A DNA stretch of 46,946 nucleotides, taken from positions 1 to 46,946 of IMG/VR virus record IMGVR_UViG_3300037483_000880; one strand, written 5' to 3'. The DNA is from a virus. Taxonomy: Duplodnaviria > Caudoviricetes. The notes below the pieces were generated by a model. That model made no database searches, was not told where the DNA came from, and saw nothing but the letters and a program-made list of their open reading frames with translations. Both the position numbers and the translations under genes were made by a program. This document shows, piece by piece, positions 37,132-46,595 of the stretch. How positions within the stretch are numbered: position 1 is the first letter of the stretch; every line of letters starts with the position of its first letter.

Positions 37132-38205
37132 ATGGAAAGCAAAGAGATGGTTGTACAGAATAACAGTTTGGCAAGCTCACTGGTGGCACCTGGAGAAATT
37201 GTGAAATCATTGAAGCACGTCCAGGCAGTTATGGCCGGAGCAATGACACCGGCTATCATCCAGAATGGCAAGATGATCAAGGATGGAGACTATGGCCTCA
37301 TTCCTGGCTGCGGTGACAAGCCTGCACTGCGGAAAAGCGGGGCGGAAATCCTGCTGATTTCGTTTGGCCTTGTGGCGCACATGAGGCCACCTGTTTTCAA
37401 AATGCTGGAAGGTGGACATAGGGAAGTGCTCATCGAAACAGAAATCAGGAACATGAACACCGGATCGCTCCACGCAGTAGGAATTGGATCATGTTCAACC
37501 ATGGAAAGCAAATATAGGTGGAGAAACACCGAACGCCTTTGTCCGGCATGCGGCAAGCCAACCATTATCAAGGGAAAAGCTGAGTATGGCGGCGGATGGC
37601 TGTGCTTTACGAAGCGAGGCGGATGCAATGCCAAGTTCAAGGACGGAGATCCAGCCATAGAAGGCCAGCAGGTTGGCCGTGAAGAGAATCCAGATATTGC
37701 CGACATGTGGAATACCGTGCTTAAGATGGCGGCCAAGAGAAGCGCGGTTGACGGAGCCATTAAGGCCACAGCTTCATCAGGTATGTTTACTCAGGACGTT
37801 GACGACATTCCGCAGGAAGCAACGGAAAGGGCAGATTCATCCCTTGAGCGCAAAGAAGAAAGAATCAGGAATGAGGATCACCGGCAAGAAAACCATGAAC
37901 CAGCCAAAAAAACAGAGCGTTTCAAGTGCAAGACAACCGGCAAATTTGCACCGGCATACTGCCCTGTGTGCCCGCACAAAGACGCTTGCCAGGAGAAGAA
38001 ACAAGACCAGCCAGAAGCACAAGGCGAACTGATCGACTACACGCATTATGTGCAGATTGTTGACAAGCTTGGCAGCGCTGATGAATGCATCAACTGGCTG
38101 GAGAATGAAGGGGAAGAGGCCAAGAATAATCTTTCAGAAAGCGATTACACTAAACTGAATAGTTACGTGAGCCAGATGGCTGGCATTTTTAACAGGGGAA
38201 AATGA
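37132..38205 (+). CDS. Putative single-strand annealing/recombination protein with Zn ribbons
   Basis: DYG-IPG..KP-L-KSGAE, NTVLKMA-KR, SGMFTQDVDD, CPAC; function inferred from context. Confidence 0.5.
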   Translation: MESKEMVVQNNSLASSLVAPGEIVKSLKHVQAVMAGAMTPAIIQNGKMIKDGDYGLIPGCGDKPALRKSGAEILLISFGLVAHMRPPVFKMLEGGHREVLIETEIRNMNTGSLHAVGIGSCSTMESKYRWRNTERLCPACGKPTIIKGKAEYGGGWLCFTKRGGCNAKFKDGDPAIEGQQVGREENPDIADMWNTVLKMAAKRSAVDGAIKATASSGMFTQDVDDIPQEATERADSSLERKEERIRNEDHRQENHEPAKKTERFKCKTTGKFAPAYCPVCPHKDACQEKKQDQPEAQGELIDYTHYVQIVDKLGSADECINWLENEGEEAKNNLSESDYTKLNSYVSQMAGIFNRGK

Positions 38206-38206
38206 G

Positions 38207-39532
38207 ATGAACGAAAATTATGAAATAATTGAAATGGGCAGCAAGAAGCTGATTGAGGTAAACAACAGCCTTATCGTAAAAAAGATTGATCCTGATAAGG
38301 TTTTCGTTATCGGCGGCCTTAACCCGCTGATCGATGCCATAAAAGAAAAGGCAAAGATCATGGTCGCCGGCCTTGACCCTTCAAAACCGAAGGACAGAAA
38401 GACATTCGGCAGCGTATGCGGCGATATTTCATCTTCAAAAGTTTTCGTTGAAAAAAAGATGAAAGAGCACGTCGAAGAGTTGGAGAAAAAAGTAAAGCCA
38501 ACCAACAAAGAACGCATCAGGTGGTGCGCTGAAATGGATGCTGTGCGTGATGAAACGGACAGGCCACGGAAGGAATGGCAGGCCAAGCAGGATATGATAA
38601 TTGCCGAGGCGGAAAGAACCATGAAATATTTGCGCGATTCGTCAATTGTCTATGCCGAGACAACGGCTGCTGAACTTTCTATCAGAATCGAGCAGGTTGA
38701 AAACACGGAAATCGACAATCTTCCAGAAGACTACCGAGAAAACGCTGCAAAACTCAAGGACGATATCCTGGCCAAGCTTTACCAGCAGCAGGCGGAAGTA
38801 GCAAAGCGTGAAGCTGAAGCTGAAGAGCTTCGCAAGCTGCGGGCCGACGCCGCAGCAAGGGAAGAAGCAGATCGGAAGGCCAACGAGGAAAAGGAACGCC
38901 TCGCCCGCGAAGAGAAGCTGAAAGCCGAAGCTGCAGCCAAGGCCACCAGGGAAGCAGAAGAGAAAGCTGCAGCAGACAAGAAAGCAGCCGAGGAATCCAT
39001 TGCAAAGGCCAAGCGAGACGCGGAAGCCGCAGAGCAGCGCAGGATAGCAGATGCGGAAAGGGTAAGGATTGCAGAAGAGTCACTTGAAAAAGAAAAAAAA
39101 TGGCGCAATAGGCTAGACCTTATTCCTGACGTAGTATGGAACGGGCAAGAGGCAATAGACAATGTTTCTGATGAGTTAATCATTACATATGAAGACCTGT
39201 TAACGTTTTCAGAAGAATCTTTTTCAGAAATTGTCAGCAGGCAATCGTCAATTTCCGAGGCTAGGAAGTTGGCAGAACAAGAAAAAATAAAAAAGGAGGC
39301 AGAGCGCAAGGCCAAGGAAGAGGCTGACCGGAAAGAGGCTGAACGCTTGGCGGAAATCGAAAAGAAGCGTGTTGCCGACGAGAAGCGGGCGGCGAATAAG
39401 CGGCACCGGGATAAGGTTGACAAGGGGATCATTGTGGCGTTCGCCGAACTTGGCATGTGCGCTGGAGACGCAATAAAATTTATTGAAGCTGCCAACAAGG
39501 GAATGATCCTGCACGTCAAGATTGAATATTAA
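38207..39532 (+). CDS. Long coiled-coil phage protein
   Basis: A/E/K-rich; R-ANK-HR..I-HV-I-Y C-terminus. Confidence 0.7.
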   Translation: MNENYEIIEMGSKKLIEVNNSLIVKKIDPDKVFVIGGLNPLIDAIKEKAKIMVAGLDPSKPKDRKTFGSVCGDISSSKVFVEKKMKEHVEELEKKVKPTNKERIRWCAEMDAVRDETDRPRKEWQAKQDMIIAEAERTMKYLRDSSIVYAETTAAELSIRIEQVENTEIDNLPEDYRENAAKLKDDILAKLYQQQAEVAKREAEAEELRKLRADAAAREEADRKANEEKERLAREEKLKAEAAAKATREAEEKAAADKKAAEESIAKAKRDAEAAEQRRIADAERVRIAEESLEKEKKWRNRLDLIPDVVWNGQEAIDNVSDELIITYEDLLTFSEESFSEIVSRQSSISEARKLAEQEKIKKEAERKAKEEADRKEAERLAEIEKKRVADEKRAANKRHRDKVDKGIIVAFAELGMCAGDAIKFIEAANKGMILHVKIEY

Positions 39533-39825
39533 CAGCACCGGAACCTCTGGCGCATGCGCTACGTTCCGGACTCTTCGAGGTGAAAAAATGGTCTGTCCAG
39601 AATGCAAAGCGGTATTTCGAGGAAGAGCTTTTTATTTCACCGGCACAGATAGCATGTGGAGAAGGTGCCCAAACGGCCATGAGTTCCAGGAGCCTCCTAA
39701 AAAGCGGTATAAGACCAAGGAACAGCGGAAGATTGCAGGCCTTATTGAGTGGGCAGAGAAGATTTCCTTAAGCAACATGCATCAAGAATACCGGAAAGGC
39801 GTTATGCACGCCTTGGCGGTTATCA

Positions 39826-40281
39826 ATGGTGAAACCTTTGGCTAAACAAAAAATAGAGATTGTTGCCGACATAACGGATAATTTCAAGCTTGTCTTTGCA
39901 ATTCCCCGCGCGCTGGAAAACAGGCTGCGAGAAATTGGCGCAGGAAAGCGGGTTATTGTATCGATCAAAGAGTGGAAAAAACCGCGATCTAACCCGCTCA
40001 ATGCGTATCTGTGGGCTGCTGTCTATCCGTCCATCATCAGGTACATCAAAGACACCACCGGCCAAGATTTTACGGCAGAGGAATTGCACGACAGGTACAA
40101 AAAGAAGTATCTCGGATATGAGGCTTGCGACATTCCAGGGATGGAAGATTTGATCCGGTTGAGGTCATCTACAGAACTTGACAGCCAAGAATTCTGGAAC
40201 GATTTTATAGAATATATCTGCCGGGAATGGGCAGAGCTTGGGTTGTACATCGAATTGCCGAGGAAAAAAAATGAACGGTAA
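39826..40281 (+). CDS. NinB-like protein
   Basis: RSN-LNAYLW, EELHD..K, SSTEL...EF motifs. Confidence 0.65.
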   Translation: MVKPLAKQKIEIVADITDNFKLVFAIPRALENRLREIGAGKRVIVSIKEWKKPRSNPLNAYLWAAVYPSIIRYIKDTTGQDFTAEELHDRYKKKYLGYEACDIPGMEDLIRLRSSTELDSQEFWNDFIEYICREWAELGLYIELPRKKNER

Positions 40282-40834
40282 ATGCATTGTTGATGGGTGC
40301 AGTGATAAAGCGATCAAGAAAAAAATGTGCGACAAGCATTATTCCAGGGTAAGAAAATATGGAGATCCATATATTTACAAAAGGGTGGTTGGCGATGACA
40401 AAAAACGTTTTCTTGAATCATTTGTAGTGTCTTGCGTCGGGTGTTGGGAATGGTCAAAAAGAACACACGAAAAAGGATATGGCGTTTTCCATTTAAAAGG
40501 AAAACTTGAGCAAGCGCACAGGGCGGCATGGATTATAATCAACGGTCCTATACCAGAAGGGCTATACGTTCTACATAAGTGCAACAACAGAAAATGTGTG
40601 AACCCAGACCACCTATATCTAGGGACCCATCAAGACAACATGAACGACATGGTGAGAGATAAACGCTCAAATAAGCCATACGGGGAACGTAACGGAAAGT
40701 CTAAAATTACCACTGAACAAGCGAAAAGAATAAAGGAAAGTCCCGGTAGCCCTATGGTAATTTCACGTGAGATGATGGTATCAATCCACATTGTAAGAGA
40801 TATTAAACGTGGAATAACATGGAAACACGCATAA
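40271..40834 (+). CDS. HNH endonuclease (homing-type)
   Basis: CWEW, AHR, VLHKCNNRKCVNPDHL-LGT--DN; C-terminal HTH. Confidence 0.9.
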   Translation: MNGKCIVDGCSDKAIKKKMCDKHYSRVRKYGDPYIYKRVVGDDKKRFLESFVVSCVGCWEWSKRTHEKGYGVFHLKGKLEQAHRAAWIIINGPIPEGLYVLHKCNNRKCVNPDHLYLGTHQDNMNDMVRDKRSNKPYGERNGKSKITTEQAKRIKESPGSPMVISREMMVSIHIVRDIKRGITWKHA

Positions 40835-40871
40835 TGTACATACCGTTACCGGAAAAGAAAAAGGTGTAATT

Positions 40872-41171
40872 GTGGCAGATTTATTTAGTCAACACCCGCG
40901 CCGCCGCCTGTCTGCCGGCAAGTACAGAAAGCTATGCAAGTACATAGATGCCCGCGACCAGTTTTGCCTGCTCTGTGGTAATCCCTACAACGGCACACCG
41001 GCGCATGTAGTGTCCCGGGCGCAGAGCGGAGACGACAGCAAACGGAATATTATCAAGTTGTGCATTGGATGTCACACGGATTTTGACAGTGTCGGCATGG
41101 ATGCCAAACGGGCGATGCTCCCGGAATGGGCGGCTGAAATGTTGAGAAACGAGGAAGACATATGGAAGTAG
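40872..41171 (+). CDS. Small HNH nuclease
   Basis: RD--CLLCG..H..G-D..N-I-LC-GCH. Confidence 0.75.
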   Translation: MADLFSQHPRRRLSAGKYRKLCKYIDARDQFCLLCGNPYNGTPAHVVSRAQSGDDSKRNIIKLCIGCHTDFDSVGMDAKRAMLPEWAAEMLRNEEDIWK

Positions 41172-41566
41172 GGGAAAAGGTAAAAATAGTTGGCTATTCT
41201 GATCATGAGTGGACCGTCTACGAAATAGGCGAAAACCACGTTTTACTCAATGGCGCCGGATGCACTTTGGCTATGGATAAGGATAAATTTGAAGCGGAGC
41301 GAGAAATGAAAACCATAATCAGCAGCAAAGAATTAGAGTTGCTCAAGGCAAGCAGTATGGACCACACAACGCCGTACAGTTATCAGGATGCCTCAAAAAC
41401 GCACCTGAGCACGGCAAGGTTGGCCGGCGGCGTAACGATTAATGGTGAGGCTTATATTTATATCGAGTACACCGATGAGATAATCCGCGAGGACGTCTAT
41501 CGCTGGCTTATGGCGCGGCGGAAACGGAAGGTTGAGCCAATTGGCAAACAGGGAAAATTGTTTTGA
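41162..41566 (+). CDS. Hypothetical protein
   Basis: 134 aa with GAGG RBS. Confidence 0.6.
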   Translation: MEVGEKVKIVGYSDHEWTVYEIGENHVLLNGAGCTLAMDKDKFEAEREMKTIISSKELELLKASSMDHTTPYSYQDASKTHLSTARLAGGVTINGEAYIYIEYTDEIIREDVYRWLMARRKRKVEPIGKQGKLF

Positions 41567-41575
41567 GGGGATGGG

Positions 41576-42241
41576 ATGAGAGACTACAATGATTTTGTCG
41601 AAAAAGAGCTAAGAGGGAAGTGCCTGGAAGATCAGGTTGGAATTATAAACACTATCAAGATTGCTTTGCACAAAAATAGTCCATTCAGTGACGAGCCAGT
41701 AGACTGCGTTTTATGGGTTAAATTCTCAGAAGTTCTGGCTAATGACTATAATCCGAACAGTGTTGCTCCTCCAGAAATGGAATTGCTTAAGCGGTCAATA
41801 GGGGAAGACGGATACACACAGCCTATTGTTTCGTGGAAAAAAGAAGAAGGATATGAGGTCGTGGATGGATTCCACCGGAATAGAGTCGGGAGAGAGTGCG
41901 AGCAGATAAAAGAGCGGGTGCATGGGTATTTGCCGGTCACAGTGATAAACAATGGCAGAGAGGACAGAGGAGATAGGATAGCCTCTACTATCAGGCACAA
42001 CAGAGCAAGGGGCAAGCATAAAATCGATGCCATGGCAGATATTGTCATTGAACTGAAGCGAAGGAACTGGTCAGACAAAAAAATAGGGGTTCAACTCGGG
42101 ATGGACCAAGACGAGGTTCTGCGTCTTTGCCAGATTACCGGCCTGGCTGAAATGTTCAAGGATAGGGAATTTTCAGAGGCGTGGGAAGCAGAAATCTTAA
42201 GAGATGATGAATTTGACGGAGAAACAGAAACTCTTGATTAA
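41576..42241 (+). CDS. ParB/Srx-domain protein, IbrB/YbdM-like
   Basis: NDYNPN-VAPPEM-LL, GYTQPIV, VDGFHR, STIRHNRARGKH. Confidence 0.9.
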   Translation: MRDYNDFVEKELRGKCLEDQVGIINTIKIALHKNSPFSDEPVDCVLWVKFSEVLANDYNPNSVAPPEMELLKRSIGEDGYTQPIVSWKKEEGYEVVDGFHRNRVGRECEQIKERVHGYLPVTVINNGREDRGDRIASTIRHNRARGKHKIDAMADIVIELKRRNWSDKKIGVQLGMDQDEVLRLCQITGLAEMFKDREFSEAWEAEILRDDEFDGETETLD

Positions 42242-42601
42242 GCGAATATATCATCCTTATTGGCTATGGGAAGAAATTTACTTCAATATGTGGGGCAGAT
42301 CAAGCAATAGAGAAAAGTGCCTTGAAATGGCAATAGACTTTACAGGAGACCACCATATCTACGGCATGTATATGGTAAAAGTTGCTGATGAGTGGAAATA
42401 TTCATGCGAGCACAACCTTTCATCGAAAGAGCAAAACAGAAGAGCATGGATAGGCCATGCCGCGTGCGCTCTTGCCTTGTGCATACCAGAGGATATAGTC
42501 AGGAAGGCGTGGTCTTTTTGACAGAAGAGCAACAGGTTTTAGCCAATAATGAAGCCGACAAGGCAATCGAATATTGGGAGGGGATGCAGTGCCAAAAATA
42601 G
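42204..42601 (+). pseudogene. Hypothetical gene split by a one-base frameshift
   Basis: Frame stops at TCT TTT TGA (42519-42521); the -1 frame continues LTEEQQVLANNEADKAIEYW to 42601. Confidence 0.65.
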
Positions 42602-43821
42602 GACTTGGTAAAAATGTTTTAGTTGCGGCGCAAGAGAGAGTTTCTTGGATTTTTGACAACTTTGAAAAAGTTTACGTTTCGTTCTCGGCAGGGAAAGACA
42701 GTACAGTGATGACTCATCTTGTCGCCAAAGAGGCAATTAGGCGGAACAGAAAAATAGGGCTATTGCTCGTAGATCTCGAAGGGCAATACAAATTAACAAT
42801 TCAGCACGCAATTTCAATTTTTGATCTTTACAAAGACACAATCATACCTTTTTGGGTTTGCCTACCAATCGCATTGAGAAATGCCGTTAGCGTATATGAG
42901 CCGAAGTGGAAGTGCTGGGAAATCGGGAAAGAGAAGGACTGGATAAGAGAAAAGCCTGAAATTTCCATAAAAGATAATGATTATTTCCCATTTTTTTATG
43001 ACGGGATGGAGTTCGAGGAATTTGTTCCACTGTTCGGAGAATGGTTTTCAGAAGGAAAATCTTGCGCATGTTGCGTGGGAATCAGGACAGATGAAAGCCT
43101 GAACCGCTTCAGGACCATTGCCAGCAAGTCAAAAATAACCAAAGAAGGGAAGCAATTTACTACGAAGGTCACCAACAGCGTTTTTAATGTATACCCTATT
43201 TACGACTGGCGCACTGAGGATATTTGGACTTACCACGGAAAGACAGGAGAAGAACATAATAAATTATACGATTTTATGTATAAGGCCGGCTTAAGCATTC
43301 ATCAACAAAGAATTTGCCAGCCATATGGAGATGACCAGAGGCGCGGCCTGTGGCTTTTCCATCTCATAGAGCCAAACACATGGGCAAAGATAGTAGCACG
43401 CGTCAACGGGGCTAATTCAGGCTCTCTTTATATCCAGGAGAATGGAAATATTAACGGTTATAACAAGATATCTTGCCCGAAAGGACATAACTGGAAAAGT
43501 TTCGCTGAGATGCTTCTTGGATCTATGCCACCAAAAACAAAAGAGCATTTCTCAAATAAAATTTTACTTTTCCGAAAATGGTGGATTGAACGCGGTTACT
43601 CTCCAGACATACCAGATGAGGCCGACTCAAACCTTGAAATGAAAAGAGATGTCCCTTCTTATCGAAGAATATGTAAAAGTCTTTTACGGAATGATTATTG
43701 GTGCAAAGGGCTTGGATTTTCCCAGCACAAAAGCGAGGCATATCAAAAATATCTTGATCTAATGAAAAGGCGGAAAAAGAAATGGAAAGAAAATGGGGAG
43801 GAATTCGCAAATGAGACCTAA
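42589..43821 (+). CDS. PAPS-reductase-like protein, IbrA/YbdN (DUF3440)-like
   Basis: SFSAGKDS PP-loop, GIRTDESLNR, YPIYDW, RICQPYG, NDYWC; GTG start after GGGAGG. Confidence 0.9.
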   Translation: MPKIGLGKNVLVAAQERVSWIFDNFEKVYVSFSAGKDSTVMTHLVAKEAIRRNRKIGLLLVDLEGQYKLTIQHAISIFDLYKDTIIPFWVCLPIALRNAVSVYEPKWKCWEIGKEKDWIREKPEISIKDNDYFPFFYDGMEFEEFVPLFGEWFSEGKSCACCVGIRTDESLNRFRTIASKSKITKEGKQFTTKVTNSVFNVYPIYDWRTEDIWTYHGKTGEEHNKLYDFMYKAGLSIHQQRICQPYGDDQRRGLWLFHLIEPNTWAKIVARVNGANSGSLYIQENGNINGYNKISCPKGHNWKSFAEMLLGSMPPKTKEHFSNKILLFRKWWIERGYSPDIPDEADSNLEMKRDVPSYRRICKSLLRNDYWCKGLGFSQHKSEAYQKYLDLMKRRKKKWKENGEEFANET

Positions 43822-44407
43822 CGGAATAGAGCTTTACAGGCCGACAGCTTCAAGGTTTGGTGATATTTTAACCCCCACAGGTTTGCCAAGCAAGCAGGCT
43901 AAGCAATACCTTGACCAGATCATAAAATGGTCTTTGCATGGTGACGCTGACGAGGTGAAATTTAGCTCATACTGGACGGAAAGGGGAAAATATCTTGAGA
44001 GTAAGGCTATAGAAGAATATGAGAGGAAAAAAGGTTACAAGGTAGAAAAACAACCTTTTATTTTCAATAAAAAATATAGATGCGGATGCTATCCGGACGG
44101 CAAGGGACTTGTTTACATCGAGGTGAAATGCTTAAAAAAAGAAAATCATTTCGATATAGTCAAGCATGGCATACCGCTTAAATTTAAGCCGCAAATTCAA
44201 GGAACTATGCTAATAACAGGAGAAAATACATTAGATTTTATTTCTTATTTTCCTGGGGAAGAAATATATATTGAGAGGGTAAATAAGGAAGAATCGTATT
44301 CAGAAAAACTTGTCGATGAATTGTACAAGTTTAATATTGCTTTGGAGGCAGAATATTTGCGTTTATCTGGGTCGGTAAAGTTGATTAACGGCAAGGAATT
44401 GTTTTGA
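43811..44407 (+). CDS. Lambda exonuclease/YqaJ-family nuclease
   Basis: TAS, RG--LE--A, PDG..IEVKC, QIQG-M motifs. Confidence 0.85.
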   Translation: MRPNGIELYRPTASRFGDILTPTGLPSKQAKQYLDQIIKWSLHGDADEVKFSSYWTERGKYLESKAIEEYERKKGYKVEKQPFIFNKKYRCGCYPDGKGLVYIEVKCLKKENHFDIVKHGIPLKFKPQIQGTMLITGENTLDFISYFPGEEIYIERVNKEESYSEKLVDELYKFNIALEAEYLRLSGSVKLINGKELF

Positions 44408-44431
44408 TTTTGCGCTGAATTGTGGTAAAGT
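44404..44431 (+). promoter_or_regulatory. Possible promoter for the replication genes
   Basis: TTGATT-16nt-TAAAGT with extended TG. Confidence 0.45.
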
Positions 44432-44436
44432 AAAAA

Positions 44437-44598
44437 TGCCAGCAGTTCCCGGAGCGTGGCAACTTCGGTGATGGCAAAACATATAAAAAGGGAGATAGAT
44501 ATTATGGCGCACACATTTTTAAACCAAGAGAACCATTCTCGAACGGGGCCACACAAGAAAGACGCCAGTCTCCCGTCTTGTGCCGTTCGAGAATGGTT
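44437..44598 (+). ncRNA. Putative structured cis-regulatory RNA (two hairpins)
   Basis: Hairpin 44437-44476 with CGTGGCAA loop; perfect 16-bp stem 44531-44546/44583-44598. Confidence 0.55.
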
Positions 44599-44623
44599 TT
44601 GTTCGTTTAAGGGTACACTTTGA
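44504..44623 (+). CDS. Leader ORF (39 aa) coupled to the initiator
   Basis: AAGGGAG RBS; TGA overlaps the TTG start of 44620. Confidence 0.5.
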   Translation: MAHTFLNQENHSRTGPHKKDASLPSCAVREWFCSFKGTL

Positions 44624-45369
44624 GCAATCCTAACTTCATCGAAAAAGGTTATGTGCTACTAGCCAGGGTAACAGTTGACAGCACTTTGTGGCAATGTTCT
44701 CCTGAAGTTCTACGAGTGGCAATATATCTTTTGTTCCAGGCCCGCCACCAGAAAGAACCTAAAAAATTTCCTGGTTTTATTTTATGTCGTGGTGAGACAT
44801 TGACAAGCTATTCAAATATTTCTGATGATTGTGCTTGGTTCGAGAATAGAATGGTTCGGAAAATACCAAGATCAAAGGTTGGAAGGATCATGGAAAAGCT
44901 GGTTGAAATAGAGTTCTTGACGCGCATTTCGGACACATATGGAACACATGTAAAGATATGTAATTACGATAAATATCAGATACCAGACAACTACAAGTTG
45001 GACACTGATGAAACACTAATAGGACAACAGTGGGACAACAGTGGGACAACAGTGGGAACATCAAAGAATGATAACAATGGTAAGAATGTAAAGAATGATA
45101 TTGAGGTAGCTTCGGATAAACCGAAACAACCCACAAAACCAAAAAAGAAATCTTTGTCTTCTTTGAGTGAAGAAGAATTTTTTAAATTTCTTGAAGAAAA
45201 TCCTTTATACCAAGGAATTGACATCAGAAAACTAAACGAGAAGCTTAAGGTGTGGTGTGCCGGGAAGGGGCTTAAGCCGACACGTCAAAGGTTAATAAAC
45301 TGGCTGAATAGGGAAGATAAGCAATTATCAAGCGGGAATAGAAGACTGTCATCTGACTGGGAGCCATAA
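44620..45369 (+). CDS. Replication initiator (lambda O/replisome organizer-like)
   Basis: GYV-L-R, RGE-LTS, I-NYDKYQ; internal iterons; precedes helicase. Confidence 0.8.
   Translation: MSNPNFIEKGYVLLARVTVDSTLWQCSPEVLRVAIYLLFQARHQKEPKKFPGFILCRGETLTSYSNISDDCAWFENRMVRKIPRSKVGRIMEKLVEIEFLTRISDTYGTHVKICNYDKYQIPDNYKLDTDETLIGQQWDNSGTTVGTSKNDNNGKNVKNDIEVASDKPKQPTKPKKKSLSSLSEEEFFKFLEENPLYQGIDIRKLNEKLKVWCAGKGLKPTRQRLINWLNREDKQLSSGNRRLSSDWEP
45000..45100. repeat. Iterons / putative replication origin
   Basis: GGACAACAGTG x3 (45022-45054), two degenerate 11-mers upstream, AAGAATG-type 9-mers downstream. Confidence 0.75.
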
Positions 45370-46595
45370 TGGAAATTATAGAATGTGGATTAATAGGAGC
45401 GCTCCTTGGTGACAAGAACAAAGTCTCAGCCGTCTATGATATCGTTCAGCCGGCAGACTTCAAAGACCCACGTTGCGGGATTGTCTTTCAAGCAATAATC
45501 GACATTTCCAAAAAGGGAGGCACCCCTGATCTGGTTTCGGTTTTTTCCGCTCTCGGCAAAAAGGTTGATGCCGTTTGGCTTTCCGGGCTCACCGACATGG
45601 CGGCAGGATCACCAACCATGGCCGCGTTGGAAATTTCAACGCGGGCCAAACGCGACAGGGTAGTCAACCGGCTGAAAATTGCAGTATCGGAAAACATGCC
45701 GCTTGATTTGCTGGTTGAAGAGCTGGCATCAATCGCAGCCGAAGCGAACGCAAAGGGGAATGATAATAGCTGCAAAATGTCCGATGTTGTCGAGCGGTTT
45801 GCCGATCTGATAAAAAACAATCAAGCTGCCGACGAATACGGAATTGATACCGGGTACATGTTTTTGGAAAATAAATACATCCGGTACATGCCCGGCCATG
45901 TGTGGGTAATCGGCGGGGCGACAAGCACGGGGAAAACGGCCGTCATGGTTGATATGCTTTGCCGGGTGCTGGACGGTTTGAAGAAGAGGAAAATAGCCGT
46001 ATTTTCAACCGAGATGATGGAAGAGCAGAACGTGGCACGTTTCCTGGCTCGGCAGACTGGTTATCATTCAAACCTGATTCTTTCCGGTAAATTGCGTGAC
46101 GGATGGGATGAAGTATCCTCCAGTCTCGCATGGTTTGCAGAACAGGAGATATACCTTTTTGATAATATTTACCAGTTTCAAGACATGGAAATGAAGCTCC
46201 GCCAACTATCAATGACCGGTAAAATAGATATTGTCTACCTGGATTATGTGCAAAACATGACATACAAGGGCGCGACAACCGAATACGAGAAAACTGAGAA
46301 AATGGCCAAGGGCGTGCAACGGCTTGCCAAGCAGCTCAAATGCACGTTTGTCTGCCTGTCTCAGATATCAAATGCTGCGGCCAAAGACCATGATCAGCCG
46401 ATGACTTTCAAGGGCGGCGGGGAATGGGGAGCGGTTGCCGATTTGGGGGTTTGGCTCAAGCGGAACAAGAAAAATAAAGAGCTGTTGTGCTTTGATTTTC
46501 AGAAAAACAGGCATGGGCAGACTGGAGTGCAAATACTGCAATTTGTAAATAATTATGTGAGGCTGAAAGAGGTTTATCATGAAGAAAATCAATGA
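45369..46595 (+). CDS. DnaB-like replicative helicase
   Basis: GATSTGKT, FSTEM, YLDYVQ, LSQ, KNRHG. Confidence 0.9.
   Translation: MEIIECGLIGALLGDKNKVSAVYDIVQPADFKDPRCGIVFQAIIDISKKGGTPDLVSVFSALGKKVDAVWLSGLTDMAAGSPTMAALEISTRAKRDRVVNRLKIAVSENMPLDLLVEELASIAAEANAKGNDNSCKMSDVVERFADLIKNNQAADEYGIDTGYMFLENKYIRYMPGHVWVIGGATSTGKTAVMVDMLCRVLDGLKKRKIAVFSTEMMEEQNVARFLARQTGYHSNLILSGKLRDGWDEVSSSLAWFAEQEIYLFDNIYQFQDMEMKLRQLSMTGKIDIVYLDYVQNMTYKGATTEYEKTEKMAKGVQRLAKQLKCTFVCLSQISNAAAKDHDQPMTFKGGGEWGAVADLGVWLKRNKKNKELLCFDFQKNRHGQTGVQILQFVNNYVRLKEVYHEENQ

Noticed and set aside
39540-39571. Hairpin CCGGAAC...GTTCCGG as terminator or ncRNA
   Set aside because: Short stem, no U-tract, no further support
41576-42241. 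Plasmid partition ParB
   Set aside because: Motifs are IbrB-type, it is paired with a PAPS reductase, and there is no ParA
42519-42521. Stop-codon reassignment or selenocysteine readthrough
   Set aside because: The continuation is in the -1 frame, and TGA ends many genes normally with coupled starts
44437-44598. tRNA gene
   Set aside because: No cloverleaf; the GTTCGA lies within a long stem
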